A stretch of 64,000 nucleotides of DNA from Escherichia phage FFH2, in sequence record KJ190158; one strand, given 5' to 3'. The notes beneath the pieces are model-generated. The model ran no database searches. It was not told where the DNA came from and worked only from the letters and a program-made list of their open reading frames with translations. Positions 26,764-34,914 of this stretch are shown here, piece after piece (within the stretch, counting starts at the first letter, position 1; every line of letters begins with the position of its first letter). Both the position numbers and the translations under genes were made by a program.

Positions 26764-27027
26764 ATGAACATCCTGATGTGGGTTATAGCAGTGGCGTTTG
26801 TTGCATGTTTTTGCTGCTGGGTTGCGGTGAGGATTTCTGTAGCTACCCTTCGGAAGTTGGGGTTCTCAGAATGGGATATTAATATCCTTTCTTTTCGCAA
26901 TGAAACAATCTCAGCCGCCCTGCTTTGTAAGAAATTTAAGTGGGAACCTTGTGAGGTCATGAGCTATCTAAGAACAGGCGATATCCCTGAAAGATTTAAA
27001 AAAGTTCTTGACGGCAAGGATAAATGA
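26764..27027 (+). CDS. small membrane protein
   Basis: The N-terminal ILMWVIAVAFVACFCCWVAV is hydrophobic. GTGAGGTG SD. Confidence 0.55.
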   Translation: MNILMWVIAVAFVACFCCWVAVRISVATLRKLGFSEWDINILSFRNETISAALLCKKFKWEPCEVMSYLRTGDIPERFKKVLDGKDK

Positions 27028-27055
27028 CAGTATAGTGACTAACAAGAGGTGAGGG

Positions 27056-27196
27056 GTGACTGATTTTACTGAAGCTTTAATGATGGCCTTGTCTGTTTTA
27101 GCGCTATCGGTGTGTTTTGGGGCGTTATTCACATCTCTGGTTAAAGTTTTACATACAGTATTATTACCCAAGGAGCGCAGTAATGACGAAGATTGA
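27056..27196 (+). CDS. hydrophobic micro-protein (~46 aa, GTG start)
   Basis: GAGGTGAGGG sits upstream of the GTG. ALMMALSVLALSVCFGALFTSLV is a TM-like segment. The ORF overlaps the next start. Confidence 0.3.
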   Translation: MTDFTEALMMALSVLALSVCFGALFTSLVKVLHTVLLPKERSNDED

Positions 27197-27434
27197 CTTG
27201 AATGCTGGTGATCATGTTGTTGTCAAATGCATTGGAGATTATCTTGGATTCACAATCGGCAATACTTACGAGGCGGTAGTGGCGAAGGTTTATCATGATA
27301 AAGTCCTCAGTCTTGTATTTGACTGTGATGATGACGGAGATGACCGTTACGTCTGTGAGGTGCTGGCTCGTGACGATAGTGAAGACCAGAAATTCCTGGT
27401 TATTGAACTGAACGGTATTTTTGTAGAACGTTAA
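27183..27434 (+). CDS. hypothetical protein
   Basis: ATG 27183 is preceded by AAGGAG. The longer ORF from 27117 lacks an SD. Confidence 0.55.
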   Translation: MTKIDLNAGDHVVVKCIGDYLGFTIGNTYEAVVAKVYHDKVLSLVFDCDDDGDDRYVCEVLARDDSEDQKFLVIELNGIFVER

Positions 27435-27462
27435 TTTAAAACAACATAAGGAGACTCTTACT

Positions 27463-27768
27463 ATGGCTAAATCTAAAGTTGAACTGTTCACCTCTCTTCC
27501 TTCTGACACTGCAGAGCGTGATCGCCTTCGCAAAACAATCGAAGAACTGGTGGAACTCCAACTTCAGATTAAAGATCTGAAAGATGCCATTAAGGATATC
27601 ATTCTCGTTGAGAAGCAGGATCACCTGTATTCTCCTAAATTCATCAAATCTCTGGTTGCTACCGAGTTTGATATTCGCTATGAGGCTGAAAAACGTCGAG
27701 CTAAAATCGAAGAAGAGGTTGAGCACATGTCCGAGGCAGACATTCTGTTCAAACGCTCTGTAGAATAA
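27463..27768 (+). CDS. hypothetical coiled-coil protein
   Basis: 101-aa ORF with an AAGGAGA SD. The heptad-rich pattern weakly resembles GapR/DUF2312-type DNA-binding proteins, but I would not rely on that. Confidence 0.6.
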   Translation: MAKSKVELFTSLPSDTAERDRLRKTIEELVELQLQIKDLKDAIKDIILVEKQDHLYSPKFIKSLVATEFDIRYEAEKRRAKIEEEVEHMSEADILFKRSVE

Positions 27769-27774
27769 TGACAA

Positions 27775-27800
27775 AGAGGGGGGCTTGGGCCCCTCTTTTT
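27775..27800 (+). terminator. rho-independent terminator
   Basis: AGAGGGG...CCCCTCT stem followed by TTTTT. Confidence 0.75.
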
Positions 27801-27823
27801 ACTATCTATGGAGGAGATTTAAG

Positions 27824-28156
27824 ATGGGTATACCGATCACTGTAAAAGAATTGAATGAACGTGATGCAGGTGGTCTATGGCCTGCACGAAAAATACGCTG
27901 CATCCGTATGAAAGAGAACCTTGAGCATCTTGAGCAACAGAAACGGATTGAGGTTGGCGATATTTTCGAAGTATTTTATTCTGATCGCCGTAACTGGGAA
28001 ACCATTCAACCTTCCGGTTTTGTTCTTGCTAAGCTTGACACTGGAGAAGTGATTGTTCCTGGGTTGGATATTGTCTTCGAAATTATACAGGAGTGGGATC
28101 CGGACAAGATTAGATACGAAGAGCTATTCGGTGAAGGTATTATCAAACCTGTGTGA
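27824..28156 (+). CDS. hypothetical protein
   Basis: ATG 27824 is preceded by GGAGGAG. Confidence 0.55.
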   Translation: MGIPITVKELNERDAGGLWPARKIRCIRMKENLEHLEQQKRIEVGDIFEVFYSDRRNWETIQPSGFVLAKLDTGEVIVPGLDIVFEIIQEWDPDKIRYEELFGEGIIKPV

Positions 28157-28164
28157 GGTGGATT

Positions 28165-28464
28165 ATGTCTACAAAGGCGGCTAAATACTCCTATATGCCA
28201 TCAACCTCTGCAGAGGTAGACTTTAGTTTCGATGTGTTTCCACTGTTTGAGGTGGTTCTGGCATACCCAACAATACTATCTACTCCTGAATCACTTGTGC
28301 CTGTTAAGTTGCAGAACGCTATGCATTACATGCACTACAACAACAAATGTAGGCACAGATGGTGTCAGGACGAGGAAAAAGATTTGGATAGTTTGAGAGA
28401 TTTTGACAGTCACCTTTTGACACCTTTCAGCTACTCCAACCTTGATAAGCCCTCGTGGGTATAG
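28165..28464 (+). CDS. hypothetical protein
   Basis: ATG 28165 is preceded by GTGAGGTGG. Confidence 0.5.
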   Translation: MSTKAAKYSYMPSTSAEVDFSFDVFPLFEVVLAYPTILSTPESLVPVKLQNAMHYMHYNNKCRHRWCQDEEKDLDSLRDFDSHLLTPFSYSNLDKPSWV

Positions 28465-28488
28465 CAAAATATCAAATTTAAGACACCT

Positions 28489-28515
28489 AGGACGCTCTGT
28501 GGCGTCCTTTTCTTT
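28489..28515 (+). terminator. rho-independent terminator
   Basis: AGGACGC-tctgtg-GCGTCCT followed by TTTTCTTT. Confidence 0.75.
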
Positions 28516-28738
28516 ATCTGGTGCACGATTGCATACCTTGGGTAGTTAATCTCATTACAGAGCGTTTAAGAGCTCCCTACAAACAACTCCATATTTCGAG
28601 CGTAGCGAGAACGCACGTCCGTTTTGACCCAAATCACCATACGCTCGGATTTTAACCAAACCCTCGCGGCGTTTCTGTGGACACATTACCGATCCAGTGA
28701 TAGTATCCACACATAGTTTGTAGAATATGGAGTACACA

Positions 28739-28828
28739 ATGAGAACATTGTCCGAAGTTTTAGTGGTGATCCTGATGATCATTACGTCCATAGCGGCTGT
28801 TGCCGGAATACTCACGGGTGGAACATGA
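28739..28828 (+). CDS. hydrophobic micro-protein (29 aa)
   Basis: MRTLSEVLVVILMIITSIAAVAGILTGGT. The stop overlaps the next start (ATGA). Below the ORF-track cutoff. Confidence 0.4.
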   Translation: MRTLSEVLVVILMIITSIAAVAGILTGGT

Positions 28829-29037
28829 TCAACACACATGCATCTGAAGAGACATCCGAAGGAGTTACCATCTGTCCCTTGGCTGAGCCAGTGAAAGAGG
28901 AAAACTTCGATTCTGAAGATTATCCATCTCCGTCCCAGGTAGATCCTGAGGCTGATGACCTAACGTGGGAAGACATCGTAGATATCTGGTTCTCTATTAT
29001 GCCTGAGCACGAAGAGTTCAGGGGTGGTAGACTATGA
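28825..29037 (+). CDS. hypothetical very acidic protein (70 aa)
   Basis: Rich in D and E (EENFDSEDYPSPSQVDPEADDLTWEDIVD). Confidence 0.5.
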   Translation: MINTHASEETSEGVTICPLAEPVKEENFDSEDYPSPSQVDPEADDLTWEDIVDIWFSIMPEHEEFRGGRL

Positions 29038-29156
29038 AGCACCGAGCCCACACAGGTTCCTCATACTAAAGCATGGCCTGAAGAGGCAAACGTGCATAAT
29101 TCCTGCGCATTTGGACGTATAATCCTGTTCACACTCTCATTTCCAGAGGAGATTTT

Positions 29157-29372
29157 ATGAAGATAGAAATATTTGGTGGAGCTGACAACACTCGTGGCCT
29201 GATTTACCTTGAATTTGATGAATCATACCTGCCAGAGGTGTTAAATATAGACTCTGTTGCTGAGGCTTTGGGAGTAAACCCTAAAGAACTCCACTCTTGT
29301 GCTGAGATCGATGGTTGGGAAGAGACCATGAACATTGATTTCAGTGAAGTAGAGGATGAACCGCTGGACTGA
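29157..29372 (+). CDS. hypothetical acidic protein, last plus-strand gene
   Basis: MKIEIFGG...EVEDEPLD with an AGAGGAGA SD. Confidence 0.55.
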   Translation: MKIEIFGGADNTRGLIYLEFDESYLPEVLNIDSVAEALGVNPKELHSCAEIDGWEETMNIDFSEVEDEPLD

Positions 29373-29499
29373 CACACAATTAGCTGCCCGGCTAAAGTGC
29401 TGGAAGCACCTATAACACATCTTTCAACTAAATTTCCTACCACCACAATCACTTACCTCCCACACATGACTGTTTGCTTGTTTAGTGAGCAGTCATGCC

Positions 29500-29527
29500 T
29501 TGACATTCTTGCCTATCCTGATAAAAT
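29500..29527 (+). promoter_or_regulatory. sigma70-like promoter firing into the ORF-free region
   Basis: TTGACA-16 nt-TAAAAT, just after a CATGACTG...CAGTCATG hairpin (29465-29497). There is no ORF downstream for about 2.3 kb. Confidence 0.5.
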
Positions 29528-30842
29528 TAAGTTCTTCTCTTTTCTTTTACCGAGTAATTCGGGTTTTCTGTTCTCTTCGGTTTGAAGGGGTATAGAGATA
29601 CACCTGAGTGAACAGGGTGAACAACCGAACATTTGGCTATGGCATTAGCATGGCGAAGCGGACGGGTGACGAAAGAGGGGCCGGAGGACACCAGTCACTG
29701 CCATATGATATATGGGTGATAACCTGAAGAGTCTGAATAAGTGTTTAAGTACCAGTCAGAGGAAAAGGTGAATGGTAGCCGAAGGGGGAGGGGGGTTTCT
29801 TGTATCTTTAATTTGTATATTATGTATACACTTGTAAACCAATCTCATCTGAATTTGTTTACCACACAAAGTGGATAGGGACAAATATTACCTATTAAAC
29901 TTGAATTATTTATAGAAATACCACAACACCACTTAAGTCTTTGATTTTACACACAAATCCTACAGATATTCACCCTCCATATTTAACATACCTGTAACAT
30001 ATTCCATACCCTACCTGACCGATCAATTCACCCAACTACATCCCCATATTTTCCCTGTCTGTACTACCCCTGCCCCGCCGGGAGTCCCGTCATATCTGGC
30101 TTTCCAGCAAATATCACACCCACAAATATCATTGCCTGAAGAGGGTTTCATCCCATAATACATGCCTTACCTGAAGAGCGCTTCATACACCACGTAAATT
30201 TTTTAATTGACCCCCTCCCCGCCGCCGGAGAGGTTGGCTTTTCCCACACAGACCTGAAGAGTCAGCCAGAAATATCTGAACAGGTCCAGCTATGCCACGA
30301 TTTTGTGCTTGTCCTACAGGAGTGCCTCCCTGTCAGGAGCCGGTAGCGACTGGAGTGCTGCCAGGCGGACGAAATGGGAATCATTCTCATTCTTATAACA
30401 ATTCTCAAATATCGAGGCAGTGAGGCAAATTAATAGGTGAGGCCGTTCACACAATGGCACAACATTTGCAACCTATCTTGTGGGAGTGAATGAGAATACC
30501 TATCATTGTGAGAATAGTTATCATTACGGGCAATTTAACATAATACCCATTATGCGCACCACTGGCGATCCATACAGGGATTGATAACATGGGTTACTGT
30601 TTACACACATAACAATTATATTTCTTACTATTTGTGTGGGATATAGTTAGCAGCCGATAGATTAGATATTGACCTGTAGACTTCCAACCGTCCAGACGTC
30701 TAAACGCCCACACAACAAGGGTTATACATACACAACTGAATGTAAACAGGGCCGCAAAAATGCTACCATACAAGCTTGTAAATTTTTCATGCAGCACTTG
30801 ACAAAGAGGAGGAAAACTTGTCTGACACTTTAGACACAATAG

Positions 30843-31168
30843 TGACATAATATGACATAATGGTGACACTGAACATAATTGACATGCCTGACTGTTTACA
30901 TAGCTAACTATTCATACAGAAATGATAAGCCATGCCATTCGTTTGCATGATAATAATTAACTTGTTTACAATAGATGACATAATATAAAAGCAGGGCAAC
31001 TATTAGAAGATCTATAGTTGCCTTGCTTGTTATGTCATGATTAACTAAATACAAGGCAACTATGATCTGATTAATAGTTTGCAGACAAACTATCACGGGG
31101 GTGATGGTTACTGCTTTTATATTATGTCGCGACTCCGTCGCGCCATGCCATTCGTTTGCATAGTTGCC
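30843..31168. repeat. cluster of three short repeat families (TGACATAAT, GGCAACTAT half-sites, 20-mer GCCATGCCATTCGTTTGCAT)
   Basis: TGACATAAT at 30843, 30853 and 30976, plus inverted near-copies at 31029 and 31121. GGCAACTAT/ATAGTTGCC at 30995, 31014, 31055, 31074, 31086 and 31160. The 20-mer at 30929-30948 and 31142-31161. Confidence 0.8.
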
Positions 31169-31778
31169 TTATTGTTACAGATAAAATAATTGTATTGTTA
31201 ATTATTTCTTATCTTTCTCTTAGTCATCTAATGATTCCAGTCAGTATAGTAATGTACAGTAAACATTAGACGACTAAAGATTTCTCTGTTTATTATAACT
31301 TACCGTGACAATTTCAGGCTGTTTACGAAAAATGTTGACACCTGGGCCGATTTATGTTATGCAGTTTACACGAATAATTATTTTATGCAGGTATTGACTA
31401 TTCCGTTATTCTATGGTTGGAATAAATACTTAGCAGACTATAGAATGGTGAGCGTACGTAAATTCTGAGATCTGGCGGCTATAGTTATACTCGATTTTTC
31501 ACGTAGAACACGCTTTTGTTAGTGTGTAAGTGTATGACTTATAAAGATTTTTAGTTGTTGACAAGATATTGAAGATGTGCATCAGGTTAAATTTTGTGCA
31601 ATAGCGGCATTACGTGCAATTTTGAGAGAGAAAACGGGTAAAAATGGCCTTGCTATCACACAATGAAAAATTATGCAATAGTTATTTTACATGTATGTTT
31701 GTACAGTGTGTGGGATTGATGGCTAGTCAATTATTCCACTTGCCAGGCTGGGCCGTTTGTGGTAGGAGAAATACAGAC

Positions 31779-31806
31779 AAAAAGAAAGGGGCCTTTTAAA
31801 GCCCCT
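31779..31806 (-). terminator. rho-independent terminator ending the minus-strand small-gene block
   Basis: Minus strand: GGGGC-tttaaaag-GCCCC followed by TTTCTTTTT. Confidence 0.75.
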
Positions 31807-31824
31807 GATAGTTTAGTTAAGAAA

Positions 31825-32244
31825 TTATAATGATTCGTATATTTCATAGATTCGATTTGCCAGGTCGTTACGGTAGCGGAATTTTTCCTCACGTTTGATC
31901 ATCAGATCTTTAAAGCCATATTCTTTAAGCACTTCATTAACTTTATGGCGGCATACCTTCATATTATCCTGTGCGTCACCAATAAACCTGTTGCTATGGT
32001 GCATGGCTTTAATTTCTTCTTCCAGGACCAGAGCAACTATGCGGACCGGATCAAGCTGATAGGCGGTAACATCCATGCGGCATTGTAAACGACTTTTTAC
32101 GTCTGCCACCGGATATACTGCAACCTCTTCCCCGTCAACATTGACAATAATTAGTTTACCATCGATTTCGAATCCTTTCGCCGCCGGACCGTGACAAAAA
32201 GCGTTATCAAAGCTATATGCCGGATTATTAGATTTAATGTTCAT
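31825..32244 (-). CDS. hypothetical protein
   Basis: 139-aa ORF with an AAGAGGTAAAA SD and its own promoter upstream. Confidence 0.6.
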   Translation of the reverse strand: MNIKSNNPAYSFDNAFCHGPAAKGFEIDGKLIIVNVDGEEVAVYPVADVKSRLQCRMDVTAYQLDPVRIVALVLEEEIKAMHHSNRFIGDAQDNMKVCRHKVNEVLKEYGFKDLMIKREEKFRYRNDLANRIYEIYESL

Positions 32245-32293
32245 GGTGTTTTTACCTCTTAGTTAATTTTCTTACAACTTCCCTTCAAAAAAG

Positions 32294-32322
32294 AATATAG
32301 CAAAACTGCCGATCCTTGTCAA
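32294..32322 (-). promoter_or_regulatory. sigma70-type promoter
   Basis: Minus strand: TTGACA-17 nt-TATATT. Confidence 0.65.
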
Positions 32323-32390
32323 CCAAGGATAGCATAATTTTTATGTGATCAAGGGGCTTTATTGCCCCCCTGATCGTGCAACTTGTTGTA

Positions 32391-32654
32391 TTATTTGTTG
32401 CTCATCCAGTTTTCCCAAGCTGCCTGATAATCTGCCTCACTGCGGCGGATCTCTTCTTGTTCTTCAAGCCGGATCTCTTCTTCCAGGTACCCCAGGATAT
32501 CGGCTTTTTTGGTCTGGCGTAACATCCAATCATCTTTTTTACGAGTAAAGATCTTATAAGCTTTCTCGCAAACCTCTTTTTTGCTACCTTTTTGGACTTC
32601 AAGAACACGATAAGCCATATATTGAACTAGTTTGAGCTGGTCAAGACGTTTCAT
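32391..32654 (-). CDS. hypothetical protein
   Basis: 87-aa ORF with an AAAGAGGAAAA SD preceded by a GGGCC-aaaa-GGCCC hairpin. Confidence 0.6.
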   Translation of the reverse strand: MKRLDQLKLVQYMAYRVLEVQKGSKKEVCEKAYKIFTRKKDDWMLRQTKKADILGYLEEEIRLEEQEEIRRSEADYQAAWENWMSNK

Positions 32655-32714
32655 AGTGTTTTCCTCTTTGTGCGGTTCTGATTAGTGGGCCTTTTGGCCC
32701 GTGTCATTATCTTA

Positions 32715-32987
32715 TTACTTATGGCGGCAGAATTCAAGCGTTTTTAATTGATAATCTTCCTCAGCCTGGAGTACTACCGCCTCGATCATTTCGTTGGCAT
32801 TGTTAAAGCCATAACCTTTAGCGAACTCATCCGCGCCACCTTCGTGATCATGTTCTGCGTTCATCGCTTCCACAAAATGGAATTCCAAATTGTTGAGGTA
32901 GGGGCTTGATGTTCCGTCCTCTTTTTCGATGAGATCCCAGATAGCATTAAAACGTGATTCGACTTCTTGATTAATCCAGCTTGACAT
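32715..32987 (-). CDS. hypothetical acidic protein
   Basis: 90-aa ORF with a GAGAGGAAAA SD preceded by a GGGCA...TGCCC hairpin and a TTGACA-17-TAACAT promoter. Confidence 0.6.
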   Translation of the reverse strand: MSSWINQEVESRFNAIWDLIEKEDGTSSPYLNNLEFHFVEAMNAEHDHEGGADEFAKGYGFNNANEMIEAVVLQAEEDYQLKTLEFCRHK

Positions 32988-33095
32988 AATGTTTTCCTCT
33001 CTTCTGGTTGTTGTGTGGGCACTTTTGCCCCTTCAAGATAAATGTTACCCCACCCCCTGGCAGATGTCAACGGTTTTTATAGTTCTTATATGACA

Positions 33096-33138
33096 GGCAG
33101 GCCCGGTGATTGTCTCCCCCCGTCGCCAGGTGCCTGCC
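33096..33138 (-). repeat. GC-rich structured element, copy 3 (see 42421 and 42556)
   Basis: Minus strand: GGCAGGCacctggcgacgGGGGGAGACAATCACCGGGCCTGCC. The outer arms GGCAGGC and GCCTGCC are complementary. The core GGGAGACAAYCACCGGG is shared with the 42.4-kb copies. Confidence 0.7.
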
Positions 33139-33151
33139 GTTGAATAAGTAT

Positions 33152-33184
33152 AACAAAAAACAGGACCATTGCAAGCCCTGTTTT
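33152..33184 (-). terminator. rho-independent terminator
   Basis: Minus strand: AACAGG-gcttgcaatggt-CCTGTT followed by TTTTGTT. Confidence 0.65.
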
Positions 33185-33198
33185 CTAGTCAATAAGGA

Positions 33199-33390
33199 TT
33201 ATATTTTTTCGCCTATGTAGTCCGGTCGGTTTTTCTCTGTCATGCGCTTTAGCAATTCTTGCATGTTACTTATGGCTTGTAGTGTATCCCCTTCCAGGCT
33301 TGAATCAACATAATCAGGATCGTCTATGACCTTTCTATGATTATGATAACGCAGTACCGCTAATACCTTTCTAACTTGTTCGATATTCAT
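33199..33390 (-). CDS. hypothetical protein
   Basis: 63-aa ORF, last gene of a 4-gene mini-operon (33824 to 33199). Confidence 0.5.
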   Translation of the reverse strand: MNIEQVRKVLAVLRYHNHRKVIDDPDYVDSSLEGDTLQAISNMQELLKRMTEKNRPDYIGEKI

Positions 33391-33402
33391 TTTTACCGCT
33401 CT

Positions 33403-33537
33403 TTAAAACAAGGTGCCAACCGTTTCCAATAGATCACTGACTACCAGGACAATACTGATCAGCACATACCTAACCATAAGGGGAAAGAGCGCCAGCGATC
33501 CCGCCACAATCCCCAAGGTGATGATTATCTTTCTCAT
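33403..33537 (-). CDS. hydrophobic micro-protein (44 aa)
   Basis: MRKIIITLGIVAGSLALFPLMVRYVLISIVLVVSDLLETVGTLF exactly fills the gap between neighbours. Below the ORF-track cutoff. Confidence 0.45.
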   Translation of the reverse strand: MRKIIITLGIVAGSLALFPLMVRYVLISIVLVVSDLLETVGTLF

Positions 33538-33539
33538 GG

Positions 33540-33824
33540 TTAACGGTTTACGTAAGCTTTACCGTTTACGGTGATGGGCAGATCTTCCAGGTCTGGATCT
33601 TCCTTAAGGTCGCGAGCAAGCTCACCGCACCGGATACCCTCGAATCCGTAGTACTCTGTCGTGCCGTCCTGGAAAGTTTTAGCGGCAAGGCATAAGCGAT
33701 AAGTAACCCCGATTTGATTGACGGCATGAATATCCGTTAGATTAACCTCTTTTGCCAGCTCTTTAGCCATTACAGGCGCATTAAGTCCAACAACCAGGGC
33801 AACCACTGCGATCATCTTTTTCAT
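33540..33824 (-). CDS. secreted/periplasmic small protein
   Basis: The N-terminal MKKMIAVVALVVGLNAPVMA looks like a Sec signal peptide with an AxA-type cleavage site. Confidence 0.6.
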   Translation of the reverse strand: MKKMIAVVALVVGLNAPVMAKELAKEVNLTDIHAVNQIGVTYRLCLAAKTFQDGTTEYYGFEGIRCGELARDLKEDPDLEDLPITVNGKAYVNR

Positions 33825-33915
33825 TGTGTCTATCCTCTTTCTGCTACGTTTAAGGCGGCGGTAACCGCCTGTTTATGCTTTGTTGGTTAATTTTCGGGTA
33901 TCGGTATAAATTAAA

Positions 33916-34131
33916 CTATGCTGTACGCTCAACTATAACAACGGTTTGGGGGATCTCCCCTTCCACCACTAGTAAGGCCTTTTTCTGCGTGATAGATATC
34001 TTTACCCGTTGCAGCGTGGCGGTGAAGTCTTTCATTTCGTCACGTGGTGTTTTAGTGCAATGCCAGATTTCAGGCTTGCCGATCTGTAAGTTGCGTAAAA
34101 ATTCTGTTTTTCCTGTTTTGTTAGTGATCAT
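33916..34131 (-). CDS. hypothetical protein
   Basis: 71-aa ORF on the same strand as all supported neighbours. The overlapping plus-strand ORF 33875-34267 lacks an SD. Confidence 0.5.
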   Translation of the reverse strand: MITNKTGKTEFLRNLQIGKPEIWHCTKTPRDEMKDFTATLQRVKISITQKKALLVVEGEIPQTVVIVERTA

Positions 34132-34140
34132 TTGTCAACC

Positions 34141-34245
34141 TCACCCGATACCGTTGGAAGACAAGATCACATTAGCCATGGTTGCAATCAGGCCAATACC
34201 TAAGGCAATAACCAGGATCACAGCATCAATTAATTTTTGTTTCAT
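34141..34245 (-). CDS. hydrophobic micro-protein (34 aa)
   Basis: MKQKLIDAVILVIALGIGLIATMANVILSSNGIG with an AGAAGAGAATAAA SD after a GGGGCCG...CGGCCCC hairpin. Confidence 0.4.
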   Translation of the reverse strand: MKQKLIDAVILVIALGIGLIATMANVILSSNGIG

Positions 34246-34322
34246 GGTGTTTATTCTCTTCTGTTAGTAACCTTATTCATGGGGCCGTAGCAGCGGCCCC
34301 AGGGTAAGGCGGCTATATGCTT

Positions 34323-34568
34323 TTAGTGTTTCATTCCAACCATCGCGGCACGGATCGCCGTAGTGCTGTACTTGAAGCCGTCCGGGGTCTTATCTTGTCC
34401 GGTTAGCTCCAGAAAAAGCATCATATCCCGCGCCGCATCATTACGATTAGCATTGGCGTTAATAAAGCCTTGGGCCAACCGGTACAATGACTCATCGTTA
34501 TTAATCCAAAGGCTTACATTCCAATGAGTTTTGTTTTTGTAACCGTTATAACCTTTATTGCTTTTCAT
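34323..34568 (-). CDS. hypothetical protein
   Basis: 81 aa, YNGYKNKTHWNVSLWINNDESLY... I recall this N-terminal pattern as recurrent in phage and plasmid proteins of unknown function, but that is unverified. Confidence 0.6.
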   Translation of the reverse strand: MKSNKGYNGYKNKTHWNVSLWINNDESLYRLAQGFINANANRNDAARDMMLFLELTGQDKTPDGFKYSTTAIRAAMVGMKH

Positions 34569-34659
34569 GGTGTTTACCTCTTCTTTGTTCCAGGTGGCGG
34601 ATCATTCTACCACCTTATGTATTATGCTTTGTTAGATGGTTGTTTGTTGTCAAACTATT

Positions 34660-34839
34660 TTAACGATAATCATCATATGCTTTATTGACCTGGCGAATAT
34701 AACATTCAAAAGCTAGATCAATAGATTTATATTCACGGATATATTCACCGTAGGAAACCACATACATTTCTATAGCTTCCTCATATGCGAGTAGAATAGA
34801 ATCTAAGCCTACGATCTCAGTCTTTGCAATAATAGCCAT
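34660..34839 (-). CDS. hypothetical protein (59 aa)
   Basis: MAIIAKTEIVGLDSILLAYEEAIEMYVVSYGEYIREYKSIDLAFECYIRQVNKAYDDYR with an AAAGAGGATAAAA SD. A TTGACA-16-TAATAT promoter and a GGGGC...GCCCC hairpin lie upstream. One residue under the ORF-track cutoff. Confidence 0.55.
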   Translation of the reverse strand: MAIIAKTEIVGLDSILLAYEEAIEMYVVSYGEYIREYKSIDLAFECYIRQVNKAYDDYR

Positions 34840-34914
34840 GATTTTTATCCTCTTTGTGGTTGGTGGGGCTTGTTGCCCCCTTTGATTTATATATTACAGT
34901 CTTATATGGTCATG

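Noticed and set aside
29077-30261. Hammerhead ribozyme cores, because CCUGAAGAG contains CUGANGA, and at 29723 a stem plus GAAA follows.
   Set aside because: No copy has the full arrangement: stem II closed by a G-C pair, GAAA, a stem III hairpin, and a UH cleavage site pairing back as stem I. Only one of the five has GAAA at a plausible distance, and its stem II has a G-G mismatch.
29077-30261. A link between the CTGAAG cores of the 9-mer repeat (the AcuI/Eco57I recognition sequence) and the NPPF methyltransferase at 2238-3056.
   Set aside because: The methyltransferase specificity cannot be read from sequence. The conserved repeat is longer than the 6-bp site, so the match is most likely coincidental.
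29373-31824. A CRISPR array, tRNA genes or a tmRNA in the noncoding islands (also 42216-43231 and 28520-28735).
   Set aside because: The repeats are short (9-20 nt), of several unrelated families, irregularly spaced and in both orientations, which does not fit repeat-spacer architecture. I found no GTTCRAnYC T-loop or cloverleaf. The 63-nt GCGAGGG...TTCTCGC segment near 28600-28665 has a possible closing stem but no D or T arms.
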